DNA of 32,000 bases from Halomicrobium mukohataei DSM 12286 (GTDB lineage: Archaea; Halobacteriota; Halobacteria; Halobacteriales; Haloarculaceae). The notes under the pieces were generated by a model, which saw nothing but the letters and a program-made list of their open reading frames with translations, did not search any database and was not told where the DNA came from. Positions 17,167-24,852 of the stretch are shown in pieces; position 1 is the stretch's first letter, and the number at the start of each line of letters is the position of its first letter. Position numbers and translations under genes: made by a program. The stretch is from NCBI RefSeq assembly GCF_000023965.1, contig NC_013202.1, positions 1,590,001 through 1,622,000 of the forward strand, written 5' to 3'.

Positions 17167-17212
17167 CGAATATGTTCGTCCGGGCGACGGCTCCTGTCCC
17201 GAACATGTTCGG
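17167..17212. promoter_or_regulatory. Candidate operator pair in the divergent HTH_10 / SRPBCC promoter
   Basis: Perfect 14-bp palindrome CCGAACATGTTCGG (17199-17212) and an imperfect copy CGAATATGTTCG (17167-17178), 33 bp centre to centre. The half-site ACATGTTCGG recurs at 17768-17777, upstream of the CGCGG gene. Confidence 0.4.
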
Positions 17213-17318
17213 CAACGGCAGCGACGCGGAAAACCCTTCGGAGAGAACCGCGCTGTCGGGAGCGGCCTCGCCCAGCGACCGCAGAAGGCTTAACCGGACG
17301 GGCGACGCGCCAGCACTC

Positions 17319-17735
17319 ATGCAAGAAGTAACGGTGACGCGGGATTTGCCGGCCGCGCCCGAGGCGGTCCGCTCGCTGGTCGAAGAGACCGAGTCGTTCA
17401 TGAGTGCCGCCGGGTTCGACGCCGTCCGCGTGGAGGGCGAGACCATCCGGATCCAGAACCGCGTGGGGCTGTTCGACGTCGAGCTCATCGCCGGCATCGT
17501 CAAGGACGACGACGCCGTGCTCGCCTACGAACAGGAAGAGGGGATCTTCGAGGACATGCACACGGCCTACCACCTCGAAGAGACCGACGACGGCACGACG
17601 ATCTCGGCGACGACCACGTTCGAGGCCGTGGACCTGCCGATCGTCGGCCAGGTGCTGGACGCGACCGTCGTCAAGCGCCAGCGCAGCTCCGAGTTGAACG
17701 CGCAATTCGACTGGCTCGAAGCGGAGCTCTCGTAG
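17319..17735 (+). CDS. SRPBCC (START / polyketide-cyclase-like) ligand-binding family protein
   Basis: 138 aa from ATG 17319: MQEVTVTRDLPAAPEAVRSLVEETESFMSAAGFD...TTFEAVDLPIVGQVLDATVVKRQRSSELNAQFDWLEAEL. Size and pattern are typical of haloarchaeal SRPBCC proteins. The assignment is by resemblance only. Confidence 0.7.
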   Translation: MQEVTVTRDLPAAPEAVRSLVEETESFMSAAGFDAVRVEGETIRIQNRVGLFDVELIAGIVKDDDAVLAYEQEEGIFEDMHTAYHLEETDDGTTISATTTFEAVDLPIVGQVLDATVVKRQRSSELNAQFDWLEAELS

Positions 17736-17814
17736 TCCGGTTCTCGCCCCCCTGGAAAATCTCCCTCACATGTTCGGGACGGTGCAGTCGGTCGTGGCGC
17801 TCCAAGCTGTTCGT

Positions 17815-18111
17815 ATGAGCGTCTCACACGACGACGTCGAGCCCGTGACCGACCACGTCCACGAGAACTCCTGGTCGGTGAACCTCGAACAGCCAGCCCA
17901 CGGCGACGACCGCGACCTCGTCGTGGCCCAGGCGATCGACGCGATCGAACACACGGCCTCGGGCAACCACGTCAACCTCGTCACGCACGGCGAGCACGGC
18001 CACCCGGAGACGTACCTCTACGACGCCCTCGAAGCGCGCGAGGACGTGACCTACGACTACGTCGAACAGTGTGGCTGTGGCGGCCACGTGGTCCGCGTCC
18101 AGGTGCAATGA
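17815..18111 (+). CDS. Small acidic His-rich protein with C-terminal CGCGG motif (putative rSAM-modified precursor or substrate protein)
   Basis: MSVSHDDVEPVTDHVHENSW...HTASGNHVNLVTHGEHGHPETYLYDALEAREDVTYDYVEQCGCGGHVVRVQVQ*. Its TGA (18109-18111) overlaps the ATG (18108-18110) of the radical SAM gene. An alternative upstream ATG lies at 17770. Confidence 0.75.
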   Translation: MSVSHDDVEPVTDHVHENSWSVNLEQPAHGDDRDLVVAQAIDAIEHTASGNHVNLVTHGEHGHPETYLYDALEAREDVTYDYVEQCGCGGHVVRVQVQ

Positions 18112-19202
18112 GGGGCGTCGACGTCGAGGAACGGCCGCTGGTGCTGATCTGGGAGCTGACACAGGCCTGTGGGCTGACCTGCAAGCACTGCCGGGCCGAC
18201 GCCCGGCCCGAGCGTCATCCCGACGAGCTCACGACCGCCGAGGGCAAGCGGTTGCTCGATCAGGCCGCCGACTTCGGCGACGGCCAGCTGGTCGTGCTCT
18301 CGGGGGGCGACCCGCTCGTGCGCGACGACGTGACCGAACTCGTCGAGTACGGTACCCGGCAGGGACTGGGAATGACACTGACCCCCAGCGGCACCGAGTC
18401 GCTGACCCCGGAGCGCATCGAAGCCCTGCAGGACGCCGGGCTCCGCCGGATGGCCCTCTCTCTGGACGGTGGCGACGCCGACTCCCACGACGCCTTCCGC
18501 GGCGAGTCCGGGAGCTTCGAGGCGACGCTCGCGGCCGCCGAGGCCGCCCGTGAGACCGATCTCCCCTTGCAGATCAACACGACGGTGTGTGCCGAGACGG
18601 TCGACCAGCTGCCGGCGATCCGGGAACTCGTGGCCGACCTCGGTGCGGTCATGTGGTCGGTGTTCTTCCTCGTCCCGGTCGGTCGGGGTCGGGTGCTGAC
18701 CCAGATCAGCCCCGACCGGGCCGAGCGAGTGATGGAGTGGCTCCACGAGGTCTCCGAGTCGGAGCCGTTCGGCCTCAAGACGACGGAAGCACCCCACTAT
18801 CGACGGGTGACCATCGAGCGAGAGCGCGACGGAGAGGCCGGAGAGAACGACGGGCTCCAGCGTCGCACCGGCATCCGCGCGGGCCAGGGCTTTGCCTTCG
18901 TCAGTCACACCGGCGAGATGTACCCCTCGGGGTTCCTCCCGGAGTCGGCCGGCAACGTCCGCTCGGAGGGCGTCGTCGATCTGTATCGAGAGTCGGCGCT
19001 GTTTCAGCGCCTCCGTGACGACAGTGCCCTGGAAGGCAAATGCGGTGCCTGCCCCTACCGCGGGGTCTGTGGCGGGAGCCGTTCGCGGGCGTACGCGGCG
19101 ACCGGCGACCCGATGGGCAGCGATCCGCTGTGTTCGTTCGTGCCCGACGAGTACGACGGTCCGCTCCCCGCGACCCACGGGGAGCGCGTTCCCACAGACT
19201 GA
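18108..19202 (+). CDS. Radical SAM enzyme with C-terminal SPASM-type Cys-rich domain
   Basis: MRGVDVEERPLVLIWELTQACGLTCKHC (CxxxCxxC). Followed by VLSGGDPL. C-terminal auxiliary-cluster cysteines: GKCGACPYRGVCGGSRSRAYA...DPLCSF. Confidence 0.9.
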   Translation: MRGVDVEERPLVLIWELTQACGLTCKHCRADARPERHPDELTTAEGKRLLDQAADFGDGQLVVLSGGDPLVRDDVTELVEYGTRQGLGMTLTPSGTESLTPERIEALQDAGLRRMALSLDGGDADSHDAFRGESGSFEATLAAAEAARETDLPLQINTTVCAETVDQLPAIRELVADLGAVMWSVFFLVPVGRGRVLTQISPDRAERVMEWLHEVSESEPFGLKTTEAPHYRRVTIERERDGEAGENDGLQRRTGIRAGQGFAFVSHTGEMYPSGFLPESAGNVRSEGVVDLYRESALFQRLRDDSALEGKCGACPYRGVCGGSRSRAYAATGDPMGSDPLCSFVPDEYDGPLPATHGERVPTD

Positions 19203-19218
19203 GAACACGCGTTTCCCG

Positions 19219-19224
19219 TTTTAC
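19219..19224 (+). promoter_or_regulatory. TATA-like box for the second HTH_10 gene
   Basis: TTTTAC is centred about 27 nt upstream of ATG 19248, consistent with a leaderless transcript. It lies within the inverted repeat CGTTTCCC...GGGAACG (19210-19234). Confidence 0.3.
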
Positions 19225-19247
19225 TGTGGGAACGCCAATTAGCGGCT

Positions 19248-19874
19248 ATGTCCGAGGGACTTCGCGTCGAGCTGGCGATCGACTCGCCCGAGGCCTGCCC
19301 CGTCGCCGACGCCTCCGAGCGGGTCGACGGGTCGGTCACGAACGTCACGCGTTCGACCGGCGGCGAAGCGGTCGTCGAAGAGTTCTCCGCGCCCGCCGGA
19401 ACGGACGTGGGCGAGGCCGTCGAACCGCTCTTCGAGAACGGCTCGGAGGCGCGCTATCGCTTCCGGCGCGATCCCGACCAGGACTGTTTCTGTGACGCCG
19501 TCGAGACGTTCGACTGTGCGGTCAGCGACATCCAGGCGGAGGACGGGCAAGTCATCGCCACGGCCCACGTCGACGACGCGGCCCAGGTGCGTGCAGTCGT
19601 CGAGGAACTCCGGGACGCGTTCGGCGACGTGGCCCTGCGCTCGCTGCACCAGCACGGCGAGGGGACGCTGGGGGACGCCGTCGTCGTCGACCGCGGACAG
19701 CTGACCGATCGACAGCGCGAAGTGCTGGAAACCGCCCACGAGATGGGCTATTTCGACTATCCGAAAGGCGCGAACGCCGGTGAGGTCGCCGAGGCGCTCG
19801 ACATCTCCGTCTCGACGCTGGCCGAGCACCTCGCGGCCGCCCAGACCAAACTGCTCGACGACGTACTGCCCTAG
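19248..19874 (+). CDS. Bat-type HTH_10 DNA-binding regulator with Cys-containing N-terminal domain
   Basis: C-terminal LTDRQREVLETAHEMGYFDYPKGANAGEVAEALDISVSTLAEHLAAAQTKLL. The N-domain carries cysteines at SPEACPVAD, DQDCFCDAVETFDC. Confidence 0.85.
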   Translation: MSEGLRVELAIDSPEACPVADASERVDGSVTNVTRSTGGEAVVEEFSAPAGTDVGEAVEPLFENGSEARYRFRRDPDQDCFCDAVETFDCAVSDIQAEDGQVIATAHVDDAAQVRAVVEELRDAFGDVALRSLHQHGEGTLGDAVVVDRGQLTDRQREVLETAHEMGYFDYPKGANAGEVAEALDISVSTLAEHLAAAQTKLLDDVLP

Positions 19875-19902
19875 ACCGTCTTTCGTCGCCGCGTCGTCGC
19901 CC

Positions 19903-21078
19903 TCATCCGCGGGCGACGAACGCGCTCGCGAGCAGGGAGGCGTAGCCGACTGCCCCCGCGAGCACGGCCAGCCGTCCGACCGGGGTCGCGCTCGGCACGA
20001 CCAGACCCGCGAGCTGGCACAGGAGTCCAGCCGCGAGAAGCGAGACACTGGCCAGCGCCGTCCGGTCGTTCGACCCCGGCCAGACGCCCACCGACGGGGG
20101 GTAGAACTGCAGGGCCGCACCGACGATCGTCAGGCCCAGAAAGCCCACGAGCGCGAACTGGTAGTGCAGAGTCACCACCGCGGGGGCTCGCCCGACGAAG
20201 ACGAGGTGTGTGGCCAGACCGACCGCGACGACGCCCGCGGCGACGCCCGCGAGGACGGCCCGCAGTCCGACCCGCGTGCGGTCGGAGCGTCGGTACAGCA
20301 GTCCGTAGGCGAGCGCGAAGCCGAGGATCGCGACCGCCTCGAGGATCGCGCCGACCACCAGGAACGGTCCGCCGTCCAGCCCGGTCGCGAGGAGTGCGGG
20401 GCCGACGCTGCCGGCACCGAGGACGACGAGCACGAGCGCACGTGGGGGGTGTGCGACCAGAAACCGCGGGAACAGCCGGAAGCCGACGGCAAACACCAGC
20501 AGCGCCGCCCCGCCCGCCCCCAGCAGGTGTGAGATCCGAGCCGGGACACCGCCCAGTGGCGCTGGGAGCCCGACCGCACCCGCGAACAGCGCGTAGCTCC
20601 CGACCGACAGATAGCCAGCGACGAACGGGACCGCGGCGTTGCTGACGCGATCGATCGGACGCCGATCGGACTGGTGGTCGCCGGTGGCAGTCTCCCGACC
20701 GGTGAGATTGTCCCGAACGGTCCAGCCGAGTGCGCCGAGCCAGACGAGGACACCGGCGAACCACGCCGCCGCGCCGACCGTCGACACGACGCCGGGAACG
20801 CCCGGCCGCGTGCCGGCTGCCAGCGCGACGACGCCGACGACGGAGAGGGGAAACTGGACGGCCGGGGCTCGCGGCGTCGCCAGCGTCCGGTCGAAGTACG
20901 ACGGGATCAGCGCGTAGGACTTCCCGAAGACCGTGTGCAAGACGAAGCCGTACAGCAACAGGACGACCGCCGGCCGTCGTCCGACGCCGAGCGGCGCGAG
21001 GACCGCCCAGGCGACGAGCGCGGCCGCGCCTGCCCCGACGAACCGTCGCGACCACCGCGAGACCCGTGGTGGCGACAT
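19903..21078 (-). CDS. Polytopic (about 12 TM) membrane protein of unknown function; weak NnrS-like resemblance
   Basis: 391 aa, hydrophobic throughout. Chosen over the Arg-rich alternative frame 19871..21055. Recurrent His-led helices: LHTVFGKSYALIPSYF, HLLGAGGAALLVFAVGFRLFPRF, HYQFALVGFLGLTIVGAALQFYPP. Confidence 0.7.
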   Translation of the reverse strand: MSPPRVSRWSRRFVGAGAAALVAWAVLAPLGVGRRPAVVLLLYGFVLHTVFGKSYALIPSYFDRTLATPRAPAVQFPLSVVGVVALAAGTRPGVPGVVSTVGAAAWFAGVLVWLGALGWTVRDNLTGRETATGDHQSDRRPIDRVSNAAVPFVAGYLSVGSYALFAGAVGLPAPLGGVPARISHLLGAGGAALLVFAVGFRLFPRFLVAHPPRALVLVVLGAGSVGPALLATGLDGGPFLVVGAILEAVAILGFALAYGLLYRRSDRTRVGLRAVLAGVAAGVVAVGLATHLVFVGRAPAVVTLHYQFALVGFLGLTIVGAALQFYPPSVGVWPGSNDRTALASVSLLAAGLLCQLAGLVVPSATPVGRLAVLAGAVGYASLLASAFVARG

Positions 21079-21135
21079 CGTCGGATCGACGCCCGCCGTC
21101 GGCCTAAAGCTACGGGCGAACGACTGGGGTTGGGG

Positions 21136-21567
21136 CTACTCCAGTTCCCGCTCGCGCTCCTGGCTGGCCCGCTCGCGGTACTCTTCGACGTCTTCGAGCG
21201 TCTCGGTCTCCAGCAGTCGGTCGAGCTTGCGCTCGAACTGCTCGTCGGTGAGCTCGCCTTCGGCGTAGCGACGGCGCAGCGCCTCCAGTGGGATCTCGTT
21301 CGGACTGTCGGCTTCCCGCTCCGATTCGTCTCTCGTCGTCTCGCCAGATACAGTGCCGGTCACGTCGTCGGCCCACTCCTCTCGGTCTTCCTCGTCGCCG
21401 AACAGGGTCGCGGTCAGTGGAACGAACACGGCGTATCCGACGATCAGCGCCGGGAGCCACCACTCCTGTCCGGTGAACAGACCGATCATCCAGATGCCGG
21501 TCACCAGCATGGAGACGATCCCCGTGGCGTTCTCGCGGGCGCGGTCGATCGGCGTCTCCTCGCTCAT
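21136..21567 (-). CDS. Two-TM membrane protein with C-terminal SHOCT-like domain
   Basis: ORF trimmed to MSEETPIDRARENATGIVSMLVTGIWMIGLFTGQEWWLPALIVGYAVFVPL. C-terminus LEALRRRYAEGELTDEQFERKLDRLLE matches the SHOCT pattern. Confidence 0.75.
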   Translation of the reverse strand: MSEETPIDRARENATGIVSMLVTGIWMIGLFTGQEWWLPALIVGYAVFVPLTATLFGDEEDREEWADDVTGTVSGETTRDESEREADSPNEIPLEALRRRYAEGELTDEQFERKLDRLLETETLEDVEEYRERASQERERELE

Positions 21568-21590
21568 TGGTCGTGGTTCTCGGGAGACGG

Positions 21591-21597
21591 TTATAAT
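21591..21597 (-). promoter_or_regulatory. TATA box for the SHOCT-domain gene
   Basis: TTATAAT (palindromic TTATAA core) is centred 27 nt upstream of ATG 21567. Confidence 0.4.
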
Positions 21598-21610
21598 GGT
21601 GGCGAGAGCG

Positions 21611-22111
21611 TCACTCGTCGCCGGAGAGGGGTTCGATCGGGACCCCGCCGACGCGCTCGCCCGGTGCCACGTCGCGGTTGACGAACGAGTGGGCGGCGAC
21701 CGTCGCACCGTCGCCGATCGTCACGCCCGGCCGCGTCGAGGAGCCGTGTCCCAGGGTCACGTCGTCGCCGATCTCGACGGGGCCGACGTGCCACTCGTCG
21801 GTGTACCCCTCGTGGGTGAGCAGCTTCGTCCCCCAGCCGATCAGCGATCCCTCGCCGATCGTGATCTTCTCCGGGAAGAACGGGTCGACGACGACGGCCG
21901 GCGCGAGCACTGAGCCCGACCCGATCTCGACGCCGAAGGCCCGATAGACCGGGTTCTTGGCGATCGGTGGCAGGTGTTTACACAGTTCGAAGACGTAGTA
22001 GGTCAGGCCGAACCGGATCGGATTCCGTATCTGGTACCAGCCAGCGGCCGGTACGTCGCGGCGTTCGACGCTGTCGTCGACGGTCGACCGCTTCGCTTCG
22101 CGTCCGTCCAT
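21611..22111 (-). CDS. Left-handed beta-helix (hexapeptide-repeat) acyl/acetyltransferase
   Basis: IGSGSVLAPAVVVD, ITIGEGSLIGWGTKLLTHE, VEIGDDVTLGHGSSTRPGVTIGDGATVAAHSFVNRDV: hexapeptide-repeat periodicity. Confidence 0.85.
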   Translation of the reverse strand: MDGREAKRSTVDDSVERRDVPAAGWYQIRNPIRFGLTYYVFELCKHLPPIAKNPVYRAFGVEIGSGSVLAPAVVVDPFFPEKITIGEGSLIGWGTKLLTHEGYTDEWHVGPVEIGDDVTLGHGSSTRPGVTIGDGATVAAHSFVNRDVAPGERVGGVPIEPLSGDE

Positions 22112-22165
22112 GCCCGTCGTAGGCGCGCCGTCGACAAGTCGGTTCCTCCGACGACGCCGGCAGCG

Positions 22166-23686
22166 TCACTCGACCGACGCGAGGGCCTCGGTGTCGCCCA
22201 GCGCCGGATAGTCCTCGAAGATCGCGGTGGCGGTGTGTTCGCCGCTGATGAGACACATCGGCATCCCGATCCCCGGCGTCGTGTAGGCCCCGGTGTAGTA
22301 GAAGCCGTCCAGTGGACCGCGGTGACTCGGTCGGAAGGGACCGGTCTGGAACAGGGTGTGTGCGAGACCCAGCGCCGTCCCGTCGGGGTCACCGTAGCGG
22401 TCGGCGAACTCGCTGACGCAGGCCGTCGTCTCCGAGACGATCCGATCGCGGAGGTCCACGCCGGTGTGTTCTGCCAGATCCGTGAGGACCTGCTCGCGGA
22501 ACCGCTCGCGCACGTCCGGAGCGTCGTCGAGACCCGGAGCGATCGGGACGAGCGCGACGACCGCGTGGTGTCCGTCGGGAGCGACGGTGTCGTCGGTCTT
22601 CGAGGTCACCGAGAGGTAGTAGGCCGGATCGTCGGGCCAGCGCGGCTCGTCGAAGATCGCCTCGAAGTGGTCCGACCAGTCCGTCGGCAAGACGAGCGTG
22701 TGATGTTCGAGCGGGTCCACGTCGCCCTCGACGCCGAGATACAGCAAGAACGCCGACGGCGCGTAGGTCTGGTCGTCCCAGTATCCGGGGTCGTGTGCGC
22801 GGTCCCGGTCGTCGAGCAGCGCTCGCTCGGTGTCGGCCGGGTTGGCGTTGCTGACGACGAGGTCGCTCTCTACGAGGCCGTCGTCGGTCGACAGTTCGAA
22901 CTGACCGGCCTCGCCGCCGACGTGCTGGACCTCGACGCCGGTCCGGATGGTGACGCCTTGCTCGCGGGCCAGCTCCGCCAGCGCGTCGACGACGCCAGCG
23001 ATACCCCCCTCCGGGTAGAAGACGTTCAGGTTCAGGTCGACGTGACTCATGATCGAGTACAGCGCAGGGGTGTTGTACGGCGAGCCACCGAGGAAGACGA
23101 GGGTGTACTCCAGGAGCTGACGGAGCTTCGGGTGCTCGACGTAGCGGCTCACGTAGTCGTCTATGTTCCCGAACAGGCGATAGCGCGGTGCCATCGGGAG
23201 CAGGTCGGTGTCGACGAACTCTCGGAGTCGCTCACGGCCCTCGTAGACGACGCGATCCATCGCCAGCTCGTAGTTGCGCTCGGCGTCGTCGAGGTACGCG
23301 GCGAGTGCCTCGCCGGCCCCCTCCTCGTAGGACTCGAAGATCGCCTCGACGCGGTCGCGATCGGGCGGGACCGTCACGCTGTCGCCGTCCTTCCAGCACA
23401 CCCGGTACTGTGGATCGAGTCGCTCCAGTTCGTAGTAGTCACCCGGTTCGCGGTCGAAGTGAGCGAAGAACCGCTCGAACACGTCGGGCATCAGGTACCA
23501 GGACGGTCCCGTGTCGAACCGGAACCCGTCGCGTTCGAGTACACCGGCGTGACCCCCGACCCGGTCGTGGCGTTCGAGGAGTCGCACGTCCAGTCCTGCC
23601 CGTCCGAGGTACGCGGCCGCCGAGAGGCCGCCGAACCCGCCGCCGATCACCGTCACCGTCGGATCGCCCGAGCGCCGACTTTGCAT
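22166..23686 (-). CDS. crtI: Phytoene-desaturase-family (CrtI/CrtD-type) FAD-dependent carotenoid desaturase
   Basis: ORF 22166..24211 trimmed to MQSRRSGDPTVTVIGGGFGGLSAAAYLGRAGLDVRLLERHDRVGGHAGVLERDGFRFDTGPSWYLMPDVFE (ATG 23686). C-terminal GFYYTGAYTTPGIGMPMCLISG. CrtI cannot be distinguished from CrtD by eye. Confidence 0.85.
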   Translation of the reverse strand: MQSRRSGDPTVTVIGGGFGGLSAAAYLGRAGLDVRLLERHDRVGGHAGVLERDGFRFDTGPSWYLMPDVFERFFAHFDREPGDYYELERLDPQYRVCWKDGDSVTVPPDRDRVEAIFESYEEGAGEALAAYLDDAERNYELAMDRVVYEGRERLREFVDTDLLPMAPRYRLFGNIDDYVSRYVEHPKLRQLLEYTLVFLGGSPYNTPALYSIMSHVDLNLNVFYPEGGIAGVVDALAELAREQGVTIRTGVEVQHVGGEAGQFELSTDDGLVESDLVVSNANPADTERALLDDRDRAHDPGYWDDQTYAPSAFLLYLGVEGDVDPLEHHTLVLPTDWSDHFEAIFDEPRWPDDPAYYLSVTSKTDDTVAPDGHHAVVALVPIAPGLDDAPDVRERFREQVLTDLAEHTGVDLRDRIVSETTACVSEFADRYGDPDGTALGLAHTLFQTGPFRPSHRGPLDGFYYTGAYTTPGIGMPMCLISGEHTATAIFEDYPALGDTEALASVE

Positions 23687-23755
23687 GCCCGTCGCTAGCG
23701 GTCCCGTCGTTTTGAGGGCACCTGCCGTTCCCACACACTGGGAGTTAGGTATTCC

Positions 23756-23765
23756 ACTTTTTTCA
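23756..23765 (+). promoter_or_regulatory. T-rich TATA-like element for the Brp/Blh gene
   Basis: ACTTTTTTCA is centred about 28 nt upstream of ATG 23788, in the 101-bp divergent crtI/brp spacer. Confidence 0.3.
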
Positions 23766-23787
23766 CGAACGACGCTAGGGTCCGACG

Positions 23788-24852
23788 ATGCGCCCGACGG
23801 AGACCCTCTCGGCGTGGCGGCTGTACCGGGACGTGGACACACACCCGTCGCTCGGACTCTCTCGGGCCGCACTGCTGGTCTTGCTGGTCGGGTTCGGCGG
23901 GCTCGCACTCGCCGGGATCGAGGTTCCGCTCCGGGCCCAGATGGTCGTCTACCTCGTCGGGATGGTCGCGCTGAACCTCCCACACGGCGGGTACGAGCAC
24001 TTCGAGAACCTCCGGCGGCGACGGCCGACGGTCCGGTGGCGGTACGTCGGAGCGTACCTGCTGGCCATCGGTGCCTTCGTGGGACTCTTTTTGCTCGCGC
24101 CGGTCGCGGGGCTCGCGCTCGCCCTGGTGGTCGCGATGGCGAAAGGCGGGCTCGGTGGGCTCCACGTGCTCGCGGCGACGAGTGGGACCGGACACCTGCA
24201 GACCCGTCCACAGCGTGCGCTCGCGATCGCCGTCCGGGGCGGTGCGGTCATGCTCGTCCCCATCGTCTTCCACCCGACGACGTTCCACAGCTTCAGCTCG
24301 CTCATGGTCGGGCTCGTCGAACCCGGCGCGCTCGCGGCCTACAGCGGCCAGTTCGACCTGACCCGGCGCGTGATCGCCGTCGGCTACGCGCTCGCGCTGG
24401 GCGCGCACGTCGGACTGGGCTACGTCCGGGGCGGCGGCCGCTCGTGGCTCGTCGACGCGGGCGAGTCCGTCCTGCTGGCCGCGTACTTCGCCGTCGTGCC
24501 CGTGCTGGTCGCGGTCGGTCTGTACTTCCCGTTCTGGTACTCGGCCCGCCAGGTCGCTCGGACGGCGACCGTCGAGGCCGAACCGGTCGGCGACGACGAG
24601 TGGGATCTGGTCGGGGGCAGCTCGGCGTCGACGGTGGCGCTGCGCGCGTGGGGCATCCTGATCGCCGGTGCGCTGGCGACGTTCGCCGTGCTCGCGGTCG
24701 TCTACTGGCTGTTCCCCAACCCCCTCGCCGGTACCGCCGCACTCCCCGGTGCAGTCGCGTTCTGGAGCGTCTTCATCAGTATCGTCGCGCTCCCACACGT
24801 CCTCGTGGGCTCGCTGCTGGACCGCGACCGGGGCATCTGGTACGTTCCCTGA
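23788..24852 (+). CDS. Brp/Blh-family beta-carotene 15,15'-dioxygenase (retinal-forming)
   Basis: 354-aa polytopic membrane protein with conserved His-containing motifs: VALNLPHGGYEHFEN, GGLGGLHVL, ALGAHVGLGY, FPFWYSARQ, SIVALPHVLVGSLLD. Confidence 0.8.
   Translation: MRPTETLSAWRLYRDVDTHPSLGLSRAALLVLLVGFGGLALAGIEVPLRAQMVVYLVGMVALNLPHGGYEHFENLRRRRPTVRWRYVGAYLLAIGAFVGLFLLAPVAGLALALVVAMAKGGLGGLHVLAATSGTGHLQTRPQRALAIAVRGGAVMLVPIVFHPTTFHSFSSLMVGLVEPGALAAYSGQFDLTRRVIAVGYALALGAHVGLGYVRGGGRSWLVDAGESVLLAAYFAVVPVLVAVGLYFPFWYSARQVARTATVEAEPVGDDEWDLVGGSSASTVALRAWGILIAGALATFAVLAVVYWLFPNPLAGTAALPGAVAFWSVFISIVALPHVLVGSLLDRDRGIWYVP

Noticed and set aside
19871-21055. 394-aa Arg-rich alternative frame on the minus strand, overlapping the membrane-protein gene
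   Set aside because: An extreme Arg/Pro/Gly composition is implausible for an acidic haloarchaeal proteome. The 19903..21078 frame gives a coherent 12-TM protein.
21974-23698. 574-aa forward ORF opposite crtI and the acyltransferase, plus the 175-aa N-terminal extension of the crtI ORF up to 24211
   Set aside because: The forward ORF is an antisense shadow. The extension is Arg/Pro-rich, would run through the divergent promoter and the brp gene, and precedes the canonical GGGFGG FAD motif that normally sits at the N-terminus.
23687-23787. A Bat-type upstream activator sequence in the crtI/brp spacer
   Set aside because: I could not find a convincing match to the remembered bop-regulon UAS pattern. 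Only a T-run, TATA-like element is evident.
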